A DNA stretch of 64,000 nt, from NCBI GenBank assembly GCA_026003015.1, contig BPGL01000001.1:1006717-1070716 (forward strand). The letters run 5' to 3'. Shown here piece by piece: positions 50,669-64,000 of this stretch. Source of the DNA: Actinomycetota bacterium (lineage in GTDB: Bacteria; Actinomycetota; UBA4738; HRBIN12). The translations under genes and the position numbers were made by a program. Under the pieces are notes generated by a model. That model made no database searches and was not told the DNA's origin. It saw nothing but the letters and a program-made list of their open reading frames with translations. How positions within the stretch are numbered: the stretch's first letter is position 1; each line of letters starts with the position of its first letter.

Positions 50669-51300
50669 CGTCTCCCCCGAGATCCGGTCGAGGCCGGCGC
50701 GACGTCCTGAACCCCGTACTGCTCGGCGAGCGCCTCGGCACGCGCAGCGGTGATGCGCTCCTCGGCGGCCCGAACGGCGTCGAGCATGGCGCGCGGCGCC
50801 ACCTCGTGGACGTCGCGGCCCCGCAGCTCGGCGATCTCCTGCGGGCGACGCAGGCTCTGCAGCCCTGCGACCGCCGCCTTCAGGATGTTGATCTGGTTGG
50901 AGGAGCCCATCGACTTCGACAAGATGTCCTTGATCCCGGCGCACTCGACGAGGGCTCGCACGGGGCCGCCCGCGATCACGCCGGTCCCCGGCGCGGCGGG
51001 CTTGAGCAGGACCACGCCGGCGCCGGCCTCCCCCACGACCTCGTGGGGGATCGTCGTTCCCATCATCGGGACCTCGAACATCTTCCTGCGGGCCTCCTCG
51101 ACGCCCTTGGCGATCGCGGCCGGAACCTCCTTGGCCTTGCCGTAGCCGACGCCGACGCGACCGGCTCCGTCACCGACGACGACGAGGGCGGCGAAGGAGA
51201 AGCGGCGGCCGCCCTTCACGACCTTGGCGACCCGGTTGATCGAGATCACCCGCTCCTCGTACGGGCTCTTCTCGTCGCTCCTCACGTCGTAGCGTCGCAT
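50665..51300 (-). CDS. rpsE: 30S ribosomal protein S5 (with an actinobacterial-type C-terminal extension)
   Basis: It contains [19 protein letters not shown]. Confidence 0.9.
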   Translation of the reverse strand: MRRYDVRSDEKSPYEERVISINRVAKVVKGGRRFSFAALVVVGDGAGRVGVGYGKAKEVPAAIAKGVEEARRKMFEVPMMGTTIPHEVVGEAGAGVVLLKPAAPGTGVIAGGPVRALVECAGIKDILSKSMGSSNQINILKAAVAGLQSLRRPQEIAELRGRDVHEVAPRAMLDAVRAAEERITAARAEALAEQYGVQDVAPASTGSRGRR

Positions 51301-51656
51301 CAGATCTGCAGTCCTCCCTCGCGTGCGCCCTCGGCGAGGGCGGCGACCCGTCCGTGGTAGAGGCGCCCTCCGCGATCGAAGACCGCACGCTCGATGCCGG
51401 CACCGCGGGCCCGCTCGGCGATCAGGCGACCCACGGCGTGAGCGGCCTGGACCTTCGTGCCGGCCGGGCCGGCGAGCTCCAGGTCGCTCGCCTGGGCGAG
51501 CGTCACGGCCGCGCCGTCGTCGATCAGCTGCGCGTAGATGTGCCGGTTCGACCGGAACACGGCCAGGCGTGGCCGCTCCCGGGTCCCCGAGATCTTCTTG
51601 CGAACCCGGGCGTGACGGCGCAGCCGCGCCTGGCGCTTGGCGCGCGCGTCCATCAC
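51300..51656 (-). CDS. rplR: 50S ribosomal protein L18
   Basis: Full-length L18. Confidence 0.95.
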   Translation of the reverse strand: MMDARAKRQARLRRHARVRKKISGTRERPRLAVFRSNRHIYAQLIDDGAAVTLAQASDLELAGPAGTKVQAAHAVGRLIAERARGAGIERAVFDRGGRLYHGRVAALAEGAREGGLQI

Positions 51657-52210
51657 CCGGCCCCTCCCTTCGCCGCCTTTCCGGCCTTCTTGCGCACGTA
51701 CTCGTCCTCGTAGCGGATGCCCTTGCCCTTGTACGGCTCGGGCTTGCGGATCTTGCGGATGTTGGCGGCGACCTCGCCGACCAGCTCCTTGTCGTTGCCC
51801 CGCACCACGATCGAGGTCGGGCTCGGAACCTCGAACTCGACCCCCTCGGGCCGCGGCACGGCGACGGGATGGGAGTATCCCACCTGCAGCTCCAGGTCGT
51901 TGCCCTTCAGGCTGGCCCGGTACCCCACGCCGACGATCGCCAGACGCTTCTCGAAGCCCTGGGTGACGCCCTGGACCATGTTCGCGAGCAACGTGCGGGT
52001 GAGGCCGTGGAGGCTCCGATGGAAGCCCTCGTCGTCGGGGCGCTCGACCCGGATCACCCCTTCGTCCAGGACGATGCGCATGTCGGGGTGCAGCGACCGC
52101 GACAGCGTCCCGCGCGGGCCGGACACCGTCACCCGGTTGCCCTCGTCGATGCGGACCTCCACGCCCGCGGGCAGCTCGATCGGTCGGCGTCCGATCCGGC
52201 TCATCACCAC
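51653..52210 (-). CDS. rplF: 50S ribosomal protein L6
   Basis: It begins [17 protein letters not shown]. Confidence 0.95.
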   Translation of the reverse strand: MVMSRIGRRPIELPAGVEVRIDEGNRVTVSGPRGTLSRSLHPDMRIVLDEGVIRVERPDDEGFHRSLHGLTRTLLANMVQGVTQGFEKRLAIVGVGYRASLKGNDLELQVGYSHPVAVPRPEGVEFEVPSPTSIVVRGNDKELVGEVAANIRKIRKPEPYKGKGIRYEDEYVRKKAGKAAKGGAG

Positions 52211-52629
52211 ACCTCGGCCACGATCTCGCCCCCGACCCGTCGCCGTGCGGCCTCCCGGTCGGTCATGACCCCCTGCGAGGTCGAGACGATCGCGATCCCG
52301 AGCCCTCCGCGCACGCGGGGTAGCTCGTCGCGCCCCCGGTAGATCCGACGGCCGGGCTTGGAGATCCGCCGCAGCCCCGTGATCGTCCGCTGCTTGCGGG
52401 GTCCGTACTTCAGCCGGATCCGGAAGGCGGCCCCGACGCCCTCGCCCACGCGCTCGTAGCCGTCGATGAAGCCCTCGCGGTCCAAGATGTCGAGGATCGC
52501 CGCGGCGGCCTTCGAGACCGGAGCGTACGTCTCCTGCTTGTAGGCGAGGTTGGCGTTGCGGATCCGCGTGAGCAGGTCCGCGATCGGGTCGGAGACGCTC
52601 GAGAACCGGGGGGCGCTCGCGTTCACCAT
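52204..52629 (-). CDS. rpsH: 30S ribosomal protein S8
   Basis: The ATG at 52629 overlaps the rpsN stop (ATGGTGA). An alternative GTG at 52596 gives [15 protein letters not shown]. Confidence 0.9.
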   Translation of the reverse strand: MVNASAPRFSSVSDPIADLLTRIRNANLAYKQETYAPVSKAAAAILDILDREGFIDGYERVGEGVGAAFRIRLKYGPRKQRTITGLRRISKPGRRIYRGRDELPRVRGGLGIAIVSTSQGVMTDREAARRRVGGEIVAEVW

Positions 52630-52808
52630 GACGCCTTCGTCACCCCCGGCAGCTCGCCCAGGTGCGCAAGCTCGCGGAAGCAGATCCGACACAGCATGAA
52701 GCGACGGTACACGGCTCGGGCGCGGCCGCACCGGGCGCAACGCGTGTAGGCGCGGACCCGGAACTTCGGGATCCGCTGCTGTTTGTTCCTGAGCGCCTTC
52801 TTCGCCAT
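52623..52808 (-). CDS. rpsN: 30S ribosomal protein S14, type Z (zinc-binding, 61 aa)
   Basis: It has the CxxC...CxxC pattern (CARCGR...CRIC). Confidence 0.9.
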   Translation of the reverse strand: MAKKALRNKQQRIPKFRVRAYTRCARCGRARAVYRRFMLCRICFRELAHLGELPGVTKASW

Positions 52809-52822
52809 CCTGCTCGGCCCCC

Positions 52823-53398
52823 TCAACCCGCCCGAACGACCGGCTCGCCCTGGAAGGGGAACCCGAGGGCCACGAGCAACGCGCGCCCCTCGTCGTCGGT
52901 GCGGGCGGTCGTCACGATCGTGATGTCCATCCCGCGCACCTTGAGCACCTTGTCGTAGTCCACCTCGGGGAAGATCAGCTGCTCGGTGACCCCCAGCGTG
53001 AAGTTCCCGCGACCGTCGAAGCCCCGGGGATCCAGACCCCGGAAGTCCCGGATCCTCGGCAGGGCCAGCGAGATCAACCGATCGACGAACTCCCACATCC
53101 GGTCGCCCCGAAGCGTGACCTTCACCCCGATCCCCATCCCCTGGCGGAGCTTGAAGCCGGCGATCGAGCGGCGCGCCCGCGTCACGACGGGGCGCTGCCC
53201 CGTGATCACCGCCAGGTCCTCGACCGCCGCGTCGAGGAGGCGTCCGTCACGGATCGCGTCCCCGACGCCCATGTTGACGACGACCTTCTCCAGGCGCGGA
53301 ACCTGCATCACGTTCGCCAGGCCGAGCTGCTCACGCAGCCGGGGGACGACCTCCTCCCGGTACCGGACCTTCAGGCGCGGCGCGTAGCCCTCGGCCAT
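52823..53398 (-). CDS. rplE: 50S ribosomal protein L5
   Basis: The ATG overlaps the rplX stop. Confidence 0.95.
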   Translation of the reverse strand: MAEGYAPRLKVRYREEVVPRLREQLGLANVMQVPRLEKVVVNMGVGDAIRDGRLLDAAVEDLAVITGQRPVVTRARRSIAGFKLRQGMGIGVKVTLRGDRMWEFVDRLISLALPRIRDFRGLDPRGFDGRGNFTLGVTEQLIFPEVDYDKVLKVRGMDITIVTTARTDDEGRALLVALGFPFQGEPVVRAG

Positions 53399-53736
53399 CA
53401 CAGCTCCGCCTCGCACCGGCGACAGACCCGGACCTTGCGACCGTCGGGCTCGACGCGATGGCCGATGCGGGTCGGTCGTCCACAGCTCGAGCAGACGATC
53501 TGCACGTTCGACACGTCGATGAAGGTCTCGATGTCGATGATGCCTCCCTGCTGGAGCTGGGTACCGCTCGTGGTGCGCCGCCCCTTGGCCCGCTGGTGCT
53601 TCTTGGCCATCGCGACGCCCTCGACCATCACCCGACCCTCACGAGGAAGGACGCGAACCACGCGGCCCTCCTTGCCTCGGTCCTTGCCCGAGCGAACCCG
53701 GACGACGTCGTCCTTACGGATATCGAGACCCGGCAT
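53398..53736 (-). CDS. rplX: 50S ribosomal protein L24
   Basis: It begins [24 protein letters not shown]. Confidence 0.9.
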   Translation of the reverse strand: MPGLDIRKDDVVRVRSGKDRGKEGRVVRVLPREGRVMVEGVAMAKKHQRAKGRRTTSGTQLQQGGIIDIETFIDVSNVQIVCSSCGRPTRIGHRVEPDGRKVRVCRRCEAEL

Positions 53737-53738
53737 CG

Positions 53739-54110
53739 CTACAGCACCTCGGGGGCAAGGGAGACGATCTTCATGAACCGCTTCTCGCGGAGCTCTCTCG
53801 CGACCGGACCGAAGATCCGCGTCCCCCTGGGGTTCTTCGCGTCGGCCGTGAGGAGCACGACCGCGTTGTCGTCGAAGCGGATGTAGGAGCCGTCGGGTCG
53901 GCGACGCTCCTTCGCGGTACGAACGACCACCGCCTTGACCACATCGCCCTTCTTCACCCCGGCGTTCGGGAGGGCGTCCTTCACGGTCCCGACGATCACG
54001 TCGCCGATCCCGGCGTAGCGGCGACCCGAACCGCCCAGCACGCGGATGCACAGGACCTCACGGGCGCCCGTGTTGTCCGCGACCTTGCAGCGGGTTTCCT
54101 GCTGGATCAC
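53739..54110 (-). CDS. rplN: 50S ribosomal protein L14
   Basis: The GTG start gives (M)[18 protein letters not shown]...SLAPEVL. Confidence 0.9.
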   Translation of the reverse strand: MIQQETRCKVADNTGAREVLCIRVLGGSGRRYAGIGDVIVGTVKDALPNAGVKKGDVVKAVVVRTAKERRRPDGSYIRFDDNAVVLLTADAKNPRGTRIFGPVARELREKRFMKIVSLAPEVL

Positions 54111-54373
54111 TTCGCCCTCTCGACGATCTCCACGACCCGCCAACGCTTCGTCTTCGAAAGCGGCCGGGTCTCCATCACGCGCACACGGTCCCCCACGCGA
54201 GCCTCGTTCGACTCATCGTGGGCCGCGAGCTTCGAGGAGCGGCGCACGGTCTTGCCGTACAGCGGATGGCGGACCCGGCGGTCGATCCGCACGACGACCG
54301 TCTTGTCCATCGCGTCCGATACGACCACCCCGGTGCGGACCTTCCGCCGCCCGCGCTCGCTCGATGCGCTCAC
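54107..54373 (-). CDS. rpsQ: 30S ribosomal protein S17
   Basis: The GTG overlaps the rpmC stop (GTGA). It contains [19 protein letters not shown]. Confidence 0.85.
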   Translation of the reverse strand: MSASSERGRRKVRTGVVVSDAMDKTVVVRIDRRVRHPLYGKTVRRSSKLAAHDESNEARVGDRVRVMETRPLSKTKRWRVVEIVERAK

Positions 54374-54618
54374 CGCCCCTCCCCTTCGGTCGCCCGTTCG
54401 AGCGCTTCGAGCTCGCGCTCGAGCTCGCGCTCCCGCAGGATCGTGAGGATCCGGGCGACGTCGCGGCGCACCTGCGTCAACCGCGCGGTGTTGTCCAGCT
54501 GCCCGGTGGCGAGCTGGAAGCGGAGGTTGAACAGCTCCTCCTTGGCCGCCTCGGCACGCGCCACGAGCTCCGCGTCGTCCAGGCCTCGCAGCTCCGCCGC
54601 TCGCTCGGTCACGCTCAC
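54370..54618 (-). CDS. rpmC: 50S ribosomal protein L29
   Basis: Full-length L29. Confidence 0.9.
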   Translation of the reverse strand: MSVTERAAELRGLDDAELVARAEAAKEELFNLRFQLATGQLDNTARLTQVRRDVARILTILRERELERELEALERATEGEGR

Positions 54619-55027
54619 TCACCCACCCGCCGGATGAACTTCGTCTTGATCGGCAGCTTGTGCTGCGCACGGCTCATCGCCGCCCGCGCGACGTCGTCGG
54701 GGACCCCCGCGAGCTCGAACAGCACGCGCCCGGGCTTGACGACCGCGACCCAGCCCTCCGGGTTGCCCTTGCCGGAGCCCATCCGGGTCTCCGCCGGCTT
54801 CTTCGTGTAGGGCTTGTCGGGGAAGATGGTGATCCAGACCTTGCCACCCCGGCGGATGTGGCGCGTGATCGCGACCCGCGCGGACTCGATCTGGCGGTTC
54901 GTGATCCACGCCGGCTCCAGCGCCACGATCCCGTAGTCCCCGTACTGGATCTCGGTGTGGCCCTTGGCCTTCCCGCGCATCCGTCCGCGGTGCACCTTGC
55001 GGTGCTTCACCTTCTTGGGCGCCAGCA

Positions 55028-55028
<1 letters not shown>
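54615..55028 (-). CDS. rplP: 50S ribosomal protein L16
   Basis: Full-length L16. Confidence 0.95.
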
Positions 55029-56014
<986 letters not shown>

Positions 56015-56362
56015 CTAGCCCACCTCTCCCATCGTCTGCACCACGACCGTCACGTGCGAGGTCCGCTTGCGGATCCGCGTCGCCCGCCCGTAGGCGCGCG
56101 GACGGTACCGCTTGAGCGTCGGCCCCTCGTCCACCCAGGCGCGGGCGACGACGAGGTTGTCCGCGACGACGCCCGGCTGCTGCTCCGCGTTCGCGATCGC
56201 CGAGTCCAACAGCTTCTCGACGTCGCGCGAGGCGCCGAGCCCCGAGAAGCGCAGGATCCTGCGCGCCTCCTCGACGTGCTGGCCGCGGATCAGGTCTACC
56301 ACCCGCCGCATCTTCCGCGGAGACGTCCGAACGTACTTGACCGTCGCTCTCGCCTCGGCCAT
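56015..56362 (-). CDS. rplV: 50S ribosomal protein L22
   Basis: Full-length L22. Confidence 0.95.
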   Translation of the reverse strand: MAEARATVKYVRTSPRKMRRVVDLIRGQHVEEARRILRFSGLGASRDVEKLLDSAIANAEQQPGVVADNLVVARAWVDEGPTLKRYRPRAYGRATRIRKRTSHVTVVVQTMGEVG

Positions 56363-56363
56363 C

Positions 56364-56645
56364 TCACCTCACCCCGGACCTTCGCTCGTCCTTGGAGTGC
56401 GATCGGAACGTCCGCGTCGGCGCGAACTCGCCGAGCTTGTGCCCGACCATGGCCTCGGAGATGAACACGGGGACGTGCTTGCGTCCGTCGTGCACCGCGA
56501 TCGTGTGCCCGACCATCTCGGGCACGATCGTGGACCGGCGCGACCAGGTCCGGATGACCCGCTTGTCGCCCTTGCGGTTCATCTCGTCGATCTTGCGCAG
56601 CAGGTGCTCATCGACGAACGGACCCTTCTTAACGGACCTCGGCAC
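56364..56645 (-). CDS. rpsS: 30S ribosomal protein S19
   Basis: The GTG overlaps the rplB stop. It begins (M)[15 protein letters not shown]. Confidence 0.9.
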   Translation of the reverse strand: MPRSVKKGPFVDEHLLRKIDEMNRKGDKRVIRTWSRRSTIVPEMVGHTIAVHDGRKHVPVFISEAMVGHKLGEFAPTRTFRSHSKDERRSGVR

Positions 56646-57475
56646 TAGCCCCGCCCCTTCCCGCGGCGCCGCACGATGTAGCGGTTCGACGCCTTGTTCT
56701 TCTTGCGCGTCCTGCCTTCCTTCTTCCCCCAGGGCGAGGTCGGGTGTCGACCTCCGGAGGACTTCCCCTCGCCACCGCCCAGGGGGTGATCGACGGGGTT
56801 CATCGCAACCCCGCGCACCGAGGGGCGGCGCCGCTTCCAGCGAGCACGACCCGCCTTGCCGATCGCGATCAGCTCGTGCTCCGGGTTCCCGACGGCCCCA
56901 ACGGTGGCCCGGCACGCCGAGGGAACCATCCGCATCTCCCCCGACGGGAGCCGCAGGGTCGCCAGATCGCCTTCCTTGGCCATGAGCTGCACGCTGGCAC
57001 CGGCCGAACGGGCCATCCGCGCGCCGGCGCCCGGCTTGAGCTCGATCGCGTGGACGACGGTGCCGACGGGGATGTTACGCAGGGGCAGGGCGTTGCCGGG
57101 TCGGATCTCGGCGTCGGGGCCGCTCATCAGCCGGTCGCCCTGACGGACACCCTGCGGAGCGAGGATGTAGCGCTTCTCGCCGTCGGCGTAGTGCAGCAGG
57201 GCGATGCGGGCCGAGCGGTTCGGGTCGTACTCGATGTGGGCCACGGTCGCCGGCACGCCGTCCTTGTTGCGGCGGAAGTCGATCACCCGGTAGCGGCGCT
57301 TCGCGCCACCCCCCTGGTGGCGTGCCGTGATCCGCCCACGGTTGTTGCGCCCGGCCTTGTTCCGACCCTTGGCGAGCAGCGACTTCTCCGGGGTCGAGCG
57401 CGTGAGCTCCTCGAAGGTGGACACGCTCGCACCGCGGCGCCCCGGGGTCGTCGGTCGGTACTTGCGGATCCCCAT
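56645..57475 (-). CDS. rplB: 50S ribosomal protein L2
   Basis: Full-length L2. Confidence 0.95.
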   Translation of the reverse strand: MGIRKYRPTTPGRRGASVSTFEELTRSTPEKSLLAKGRNKAGRNNRGRITARHQGGGAKRRYRVIDFRRNKDGVPATVAHIEYDPNRSARIALLHYADGEKRYILAPQGVRQGDRLMSGPDAEIRPGNALPLRNIPVGTVVHAIELKPGAGARMARSAGASVQLMAKEGDLATLRLPSGEMRMVPSACRATVGAVGNPEHELIAIGKAGRARWKRRRPSVRGVAMNPVDHPLGGGEGKSSGGRHPTSPWGKKEGRTRKKNKASNRYIVRRRGKGRG

Positions 57476-57765
57476 CAGGCACCGCCCTCGAACAGCTCGA
57501 TGGAGTCACCCTCGGCCAGCGTCACGATCGCCCGCTTCTCATCGGCCCGCTTGCCCCTCGTGAACCCCCTCCGCTTGACCTTCCCGCGACGGCGCAGGGT
57601 GTTCACCGAGGTCACGCGGACCCCCCAGATCGACTGGACGGCCTCCTTGATCTCGGTCTTGCTCGAGCGGGGGTCGACGAGGAACGTGTAGGTGTTGCGC
57701 TCGATCCCCGCGTAGGACTTCTCCGAGACGATCGGCCGGATGATCACGTCGCGAGGCGACTTCAT
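57475..57765 (-). CDS. rplW: 50S ribosomal protein L23
   Basis: Full-length L23. Confidence 0.9.
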   Translation of the reverse strand: MKSPRDVIIRPIVSEKSYAGIERNTYTFLVDPRSSKTEIKEAVQSIWGVRVTSVNTLRRRGKVKRRGFTRGKRADEKRAIVTLAEGDSIELFEGGA

Positions 57766-58394
57766 CGGCGCTCACCGCCTTCGAGGACGTCGAGGGCTCT
57801 CGGCGTCACGAGGACGTGGTCGGCGAGCAGCACGTCGTAGACGCCGAGGCCGCCGGCGTAGGTGATCCGAACCACGGGGAGGTTGCGGAACGACTTCTCC
57901 ACCGCGCCGGTCTCGCTCGGCTCGGGCAGCACGAGCAGCGTGCGCCCCCGCAGGCCGAGGGCCTCCAGCACCTCGACCGCCCGCTTCGTCCGCGGCTCGT
58001 CCCAGGTGAGCTCCTCGACGACGACCAGCTTGCCGCTCGACAGGGCGTCGGACAGGGCACCGCGGAGGGCGGCCCGGCGCATCTTGCGGTTCACCCGCTT
58101 CGCGTGGTCGCGCGGCACCGGGCCGTGGGCGACGCCGCCGCCGGTCCACTGCGGCGCGCGGATCGACCCCTGTCGGGCCCGGCCGGTCCCCTTCTGCCGC
58201 CAGGGCTTGCGCCCGCCGCCGCGGACCTCGCCTCGGGTCTTCGTCTTGTGGGTACCGGCGCGCAGCCCCGCCAGCCCCGCCACGACGACCTGGTGGATCA
58301 GGGGCACGTTCACCGGAGCCTCGAACACCTCGGGCGCGAGCTCCCGGGTGCCCGTGGGCTTGCCGGCGAGGTCGAGAACGTCGACGGCCGGCAT
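57762..58394 (-). CDS. rplD: 50S ribosomal protein L4
   Basis: The ATG at 58394 overlaps the rplC stop. It begins [15 protein letters not shown]. Confidence 0.9.
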   Translation of the reverse strand: MPAVDVLDLAGKPTGTRELAPEVFEAPVNVPLIHQVVVAGLAGLRAGTHKTKTRGEVRGGGRKPWRQKGTGRARQGSIRAPQWTGGGVAHGPVPRDHAKRVNRKMRRAALRGALSDALSSGKLVVVEELTWDEPRTKRAVEVLEALGLRGRTLLVLPEPSETGAVEKSFRNLPVVRITYAGGLGVYDVLLADHVLVTPRALDVLEGGERR

Positions 58395-59050
58395 CAGGCC
58401 GCCCCCTTGCGCGCCGGTGCCTTGACCGCGGAGCGAACCATCACGAGCCCGCCGGGCGGCCCGGGAACCGCGCCCCGCACGAGCAGCAGGTTCCGCTCGG
58501 GATCGACCTGCACGACCTCGAGGTTGAGCACGGTCACCCGCCGGTTGCCGTGCTGGCCGGCCATCCGCATGCCCTTGAAGACCCGGCTCGGGGTCGCGCA
58601 CGCTCCGATCGAGCCGGGCGAACGGTGCTTGCGCTCCACCCCGTGGCTCGCGCGCAGCCCGCCGAAACCGTGGCGCTTCATCACCCCGGAGAACCCCTTG
58701 CCCTTCGAAACGCCGACGACGTCGACGAGCTCCCCGGGGGAGAAGATGTCGGCGGCGATCCGTTGACCGACCTCGTAGGAACCGGCGTCGTCGGTGCGAA
58801 GCTCCACGAGGTGGCGCGCGGGCTCGACGCCGGCCTTGTCGAAGTGGCCCCGCACGGGCTTGGCCACCGAACGCGCCCGCACGGTGCCGTAGGCCAGTTG
58901 CACCGCCTCGTAGCCGTCGCGCTCGAGCGTGCGGATCTGCGTGACGACGTTCGGCCCGGCCTTGATCACCGTGACCGGGACCACGCGGGCGTCGACGAAG
59001 ATCTGGGTCATCCCCAGCTTCTCGCCCACGATGCCCTTCGTCGTCGTCAT
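58394..59050 (-). CDS. rplC: 50S ribosomal protein L3
   Basis: Full-length L3. Confidence 0.95.
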   Translation of the reverse strand: MTTTKGIVGEKLGMTQIFVDARVVPVTVIKAGPNVVTQIRTLERDGYEAVQLAYGTVRARSVAKPVRGHFDKAGVEPARHLVELRTDDAGSYEVGQRIAADIFSPGELVDVVGVSKGKGFSGVMKRHGFGGLRASHGVERKHRSPGSIGACATPSRVFKGMRMAGQHGNRRVTVLNLEVVQVDPERNLLLVRGAVPGPPGGLVMVRSAVKAPARKGAA

Positions 59051-59054
59051 GGCC

Positions 59055-59363
59055 TCACAGCTTGATCTCGATGTCCACGCCGGCCGACAGGTTCAGCCGC
59101 TGGAGCTCCTGCACCGTCTTCGAAGTCGCGTCGACGATGTCGATCAGCCGCTTGTGCGTGAGCATCTGGAAGTGCTCGCGCGAGTCCTTGTACTTGTGCG
59201 GCGATCGGATCACCGTATAGATGTTGCGTTCGGTGGGCAGGGGCACCGGGCCGACCACCTTCGCCCCCGTCCGGGTGACGTGCTCGACGATGTCGCGCGC
59301 GGCGACGTCGAGCATCCGGTGGTCGTAGGCCCGGAGCTTGATGCGGATCTTCGGCCCTGCCAT
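59055..59363 (-). CDS. rpsJ: 30S ribosomal protein S10
   Basis: Full-length S10. Confidence 0.95.
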   Translation of the reverse strand: MAGPKIRIKLRAYDHRMLDVAARDIVEHVTRTGAKVVGPVPLPTERNIYTVIRSPHKYKDSREHFQMLTHKRLIDIVDATSKTVQELQRLNLSAGVDIEIKL

Positions 59364-59375
59364 CCGATCCTCTCC

Positions 59376-60560
<1,185 letters not shown>

Positions 60561-60577
60561 CGTTCCCCTTCCTTCGG

Positions 60578-62737
60578 TCACTCGCCCGTCACGCGGGCGA
60601 CGATCTCCTGCGCGATCTGTGCCGGCACCTCGTGGTAGGCGTGCAGCTGCATCGGGCTGTGCGACGCCCGACCCTGCGTGCGGGAACGCAGGTCGGTGGC
60701 GTAGCCGAACAGCTCCGCGAGCGGCACCTGCACGCGGACGACCTTCATGCCGGAGCGATCGTCGATGTTCTCGATCCTGCCTCGGCGCGCCGTGACGTCG
60801 CCCATCACGTCGCCGAGGAACTCCTCCGGCGTGGTGATCTCGAACTCCATCACGGGCTCGAGGAGCACCGGACCGGCGCGTCTCGCCGCCTCCTTGAGCG
60901 CCATGGAGCCCGTGATCTTGAAGGCCATCTCCGAGGAGTCGACCTCGTGGTAGGACCCGTCGACGAGGGTCGCCCGCACGTCGACGAGGGGGTAGCCGGC
61001 CAGGACGCCGTTGTCGCAGGCTTCCTGGATCCCCTGGTCGACGGCCGGGATGTACTCACGCGGGATCTTGCCGCCGACGATCTTGTTCACGAACTCGTAG
61101 CCCCCGCCGGGACCGGTCGGCTCGAGGTCGATCACGACGTGTCCGTACTGACCCCGGCCGCCCGTCTGGCGAACGAACCGGGTCTCGACGCCGTGCACGG
61201 GGCGCGTGATCGTCTCGCGGTAGGCGACCTGCGGCTTCCCGACGTTCGCGTCGACGGAGAACTCGCGCCGGAGCCGGTCGACGATGATGTCCAGGTGCAG
61301 CTCTCCCATGCCTGAGATCACGGTCTGCCCGGTCTCCTCGTCGAAGCGCACGACGAAGGTGGGGTCCTCGTCGGCCAGGCGCTGCAGCCCGTTGCCGAGC
61401 TTGTCCTGGTCGGCCTTCGTCTTCGGCTCGACCGCGACGCTGATCACCGGGGTGGGGAAGCTGATCGACTCCAGCACGACGGGGTCGGAGGGGTCGCAGA
61501 TCGTGTCGCCGGTCGTCGCGTGCTTGAGGCCGACGACGGCCACGATGTCGCCCGTGTAGGCGGCCTCCTTGTCCTCGCGATGGTTCGCGTGCATCTGGAG
61601 GATCCGCCCGACGCGCTCCTTGCGGTCCTTCGTCGAGTTGAGCACGTGCGAGCCGCTCGTGAGGACGCCGCTGTAAACGCGGAGGTACGTGAGCCGTCCG
61701 ACGTAGGGATCCGACATGATCTTGAACGCAAGGGCGGCGAAGGGCGCTGCGTCGTCGGGCTCGCGGACCACGCGCTCGTCCTCGTTGCCCGGTCGGTGCC
61801 CCTCGACCGGCGGAACGTCCAAGGGGCTCGGCAGGTAGGCGACGATCGCATCGAGCAACGGCTGGACGCCCTTGTTCTTGAACGCGGAGCCGCACAGCAC
61901 GGGAACGCCCTGCCCTGCAAGCGTCATGGAGCGGATCGCCCGGTGGAGCTCTTCGACCGTCGGTTCCTGTTCCAAGACGAACTTCTCCATCAGGTGCTCG
62001 TCGTGCTCCGCGAGCTTCTCGAACAGCTCGTGGCGGGCGCGCGTGGCGGCCTCGCGGTACTCCTCGGGGATCTCGACGTCGCGCCAGTCCTCGCCCATCT
62101 CCCCCTCCCAGTAGTGGGCGTTGAACTGGACGAGGTCGATCACCCCGCGGTGATCGACCTCGGTCCCCCAGGGGAGCTGAAGGACGAGCGGGTTGGCCGA
62201 GAGGCGATCCACCATCATCTGGACGGTGCGCTCGAAGTTCGCGCCCGTGCGGTCCATCTTGTTCACGAACGCGATCCGAGGCACCCGGTAGCGGTCGGCC
62301 TGGCGCCATACCGTCTCGGACTGCGGCTCGACGCCGGCCACCGAGTCGAAGACCGCGACCGCGCCGTCGAGGACCCGGAGGCTCCGCTCGACCTCCACGG
62401 TGAAGTCGACGTGACCGGGGGTGTCGATGATGTTGATCCAGTGGCCCTTCCACTGGCAGGTCGTCGCCGCCGAGGTGATCGTGATGCCGCGCTCGCGTTC
62501 TTGGGCCATCCAGTCCATCGTCGCGGTGCCCTCGTGCACCTCGCCGATCTTGTAGGCCTTGCCGGTGTAGTAGAGGATCCGCTCGGTCGTCGTCGTCTTG
62601 CCGGCGTCGATGTGGGCCATGATCCCGATGTTGCGCGTGCGCGCGAGCGGGTACTCGCGGATCGCGAGTCCCTTCGAGCCCTTCCCGACGTCCTGCTGGG
62701 TCGACGCCACGTTCACCTTCTCCCGAGGGACGGCCAC
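60578..62737 (-). CDS. fusA: Elongation factor G
   Basis: It contains [21 protein letters not shown]. The N-terminus may be somewhat shorter than the longest ORF. Confidence 0.95.
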   Translation of the reverse strand: MAVPREKVNVASTQQDVGKGSKGLAIREYPLARTRNIGIMAHIDAGKTTTTERILYYTGKAYKIGEVHEGTATMDWMAQERERGITITSAATTCQWKGHWINIIDTPGHVDFTVEVERSLRVLDGAVAVFDSVAGVEPQSETVWRQADRYRVPRIAFVNKMDRTGANFERTVQMMVDRLSANPLVLQLPWGTEVDHRGVIDLVQFNAHYWEGEMGEDWRDVEIPEEYREAATRARHELFEKLAEHDEHLMEKFVLEQEPTVEELHRAIRSMTLAGQGVPVLCGSAFKNKGVQPLLDAIVAYLPSPLDVPPVEGHRPGNEDERVVREPDDAAPFAALAFKIMSDPYVGRLTYLRVYSGVLTSGSHVLNSTKDRKERVGRILQMHANHREDKEAAYTGDIVAVVGLKHATTGDTICDPSDPVVLESISFPTPVISVAVEPKTKADQDKLGNGLQRLADEDPTFVVRFDEETGQTVISGMGELHLDIIVDRLRREFSVDANVGKPQVAYRETITRPVHGVETRFVRQTGGRGQYGHVVIDLEPTGPGGGYEFVNKIVGGKIPREYIPAVDQGIQEACDNGVLAGYPLVDVRATLVDGSYHEVDSSEMAFKITGSMALKEAARRAGPVLLEPVMEFEITTPEEFLGDVMGDVTARRGRIENIDDRSGMKVVRVQVPLAELFGYATDLRSRTQGRASHSPMQLHAYHEVPAQIAQEIVARVTGE

Positions 62738-62801
62738 GGCTAGCGCGCCCCCTCCTCAGCGGAAGCCCGCCCCGAAGGGCGGGCCACGGTCTCCTCCTCG
62801 A

Positions 62802-63272
62802 TCACCACCGGTAGTGCGCGAACGCTCGGTTCGCCTCCGCCATCTTGTGCATGTCCTCGCGCCGCTTCACCGACGCGCCGGCCCCGTTCGCCGCGTCCAT
62901 GATCTCGGCGACGAGTCGCTCCGACATCGACGGCTCGCGCCGGGCCCGGGAGAAGTTCACGAGCCAGCGCAGCGCGAGCGTGGTTCCCCGCTGGGGCTTG
63001 ACCTCGACCGGCACCTGGTAGGACGCGCCGCCCACCCGTCGGGACTTGACCTCGAGCAGCGGGCGGACGTTCTCGACCGCCCGCTTCAGCGTGATCACGG
63101 GGTCGTTCGCCGTCTGCTGGCTGATCCGCTCGAGGGCGTCGTAGACGATCCGCTCGGCCACGGTCTTCTTCCCGTTCAGCAGGACCTTGTTGATCAACTG
63201 CGTCACCAGGGGGTTCTGGTAGACGGGATCGGGCGCGATCTCACGGCGGGGCGCGGGTCCCTTGCGCGGCAT
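62802..63272 (-). CDS. rpsG: 30S ribosomal protein S7
   Basis: It begins [19 protein letters not shown]. Confidence 0.95.
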   Translation of the reverse strand: MPRKGPAPRREIAPDPVYQNPLVTQLINKVLLNGKKTVAERIVYDALERISQQTANDPVITLKRAVENVRPLLEVKSRRVGGASYQVPVEVKPQRGTTLALRWLVNFSRARREPSMSERLVAEIMDAANGAGASVKRREDMHKMAEANRAFAHYRW

Positions 63273-63273
63273 C

Positions 63274-63648
63274 TCACTCCCCGCCCTTCTTCGCGCCGTA
63301 CCGGGACCGGGCCTGCTTGCGGCCACGGACGCCGGCGGTGTCCAGGGTTCCCCGGATCACCTTGTAGCGCACGCCCGGGACGTCTCGGACCCGGCCGCCG
63401 CGCACGAGCACGATCGAGTGCTCCTGGAGGTTGTGCCCCTCGCCGGGGATGTAGGCGGTGACCTCGACGCCCGAGGACAGCCGGACGCGGGCGACCTTGC
63501 GCAGGGCCGAGTTCGGCTTCTTCGGGGTCGTGGTGTAGACACGCGTGCAGACGCCGCGCCGCTGGGGGGAGCCCTTCAGCGCGGGGCTCTTCGTCTTCGT
63601 CTTCGGGGCCTGGCGCCCCTTGCGGACGAGCTGCTGGATCGTGGGCAT
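63274..63648 (-). CDS. rpsL: 30S ribosomal protein S12
   Basis: It begins [39 protein letters not shown]. Confidence 0.95.
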   Translation of the reverse strand: MPTIQQLVRKGRQAPKTKTKSPALKGSPQRRGVCTRVYTTTPKKPNSALRKVARVRLSSGVEVTAYIPGEGHNLQEHSIVLVRGGRVRDVPGVRYKVIRGTLDTAGVRGRKQARSRYGAKKGGE

Positions 63649-63826
63649 GGACGTCGGCACGCTTTCCGTTGTCAAACACCGGGGCCCGTGGGCGCGGTCC
63701 CATCGGGGCCGCCCACCGGACCCGCGAGCCTTCCGAGGAGGGACCGCAGGCGCGCACCGTCGCCGGTCGCGCTCGGGATGGTCCCCCTCGAGAGCGCGCA
63801 CCCGACAGGCTCGCCAGGCCGGGGCG

Positions 63827-63856
63827 CGAGGAACAACGCTACCGGCGAGGCACGCG
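63827..63856 (-). promoter_or_regulatory. Putative str-operon promoter: -35 TTGACA, 18-nt spacer, -10 TAGCGT
   Basis: I read it on the minus strand about 170 nt upstream of the rpsL ATG. The -10 fits the actinobacterial TANNNT pattern. Confidence 0.35.
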
Positions 63857-64000
63857 GCCTGTCAACCGCGGGGCACGGTCGGGTCGCCCCACGAGCGCCG
63901 GCGGACGTGATGTCCCCCATACGTCCTACTGCGCGGCTTCAGCTGCCGCCGCCGACGGTCGCTCTCCTCACCCGCGAACGCCGGAAACCGCCTTTCGGCG

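Noticed and set aside
50665-50800. The S5 C-terminal region looked like a possible read-through extension of about 40 aa
   Set aside because: Actinobacterial S5 proteins naturally carry such a tail (...RPEEVAARRG...DVAP...). It is consistent rather than anomalous.

Overview
This is a ~72% GC window that reads as actinobacterial. Supporting signs are a GroEL1-type chaperonin with a His-containing C-terminus in operon with groES, a CIRCE element, an S5 C-terminal extension and a type-Z (zinc) S14. The window has four blocks. (1) 1-6.6 kb: a partial GT4 gene, cysC (APS kinase), an AlkP/NPP-family phosphodiesterase, an amino-acid dehydrogenase, and groES-groEL with a perfect CIRCE operator. The groEL reading frame is broken. 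(2) 6.8-29.8 kb: a dense polysaccharide-biosynthesis locus with Wzc/Wzx/Wzy, a priming phosphoglycosyl transferase, GT2/GT4/GT26 transferases, and a GDP-mannose-3,5-epimerase-like enzyme. It also holds a pyruvate-kinase-barrel-only protein, a Tat-secreted glycoside hydrolase-like protein, two secreted repeat proteins and six paralogous PAPS-type sulfotransferases. Two LuxR-type response regulators follow. I read this locus as a candidate sulfated-exopolysaccharide system and the most interesting thing in the window. (3) 29.8-40.2 kb: a galE-like epimerase, tsaD-rimI-tsaB-tsaE, a family-4 UDG, nnr, acpS, arsC, glmS and glmM. (4) 40.2-63.9 kb: the ribosomal superoperon (str, S10, spc and alpha operons), all on the minus strand, with an arsR-arsM pair and a VWA-domain gene inserted into it. 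Most gene junctions use overlapping stop/start codons (GTGA/ATGA). Several conserved genes have disrupted frames or no canonical start: groEL, tsaB and nnr at G/C homopolymers, and truA. This points either to indel errors in the assembly or to genuine gene decay. I found no rRNA, tRNA, CRISPR array or transposase. Many long GC-rich antisense ORFs in the track are spurious.
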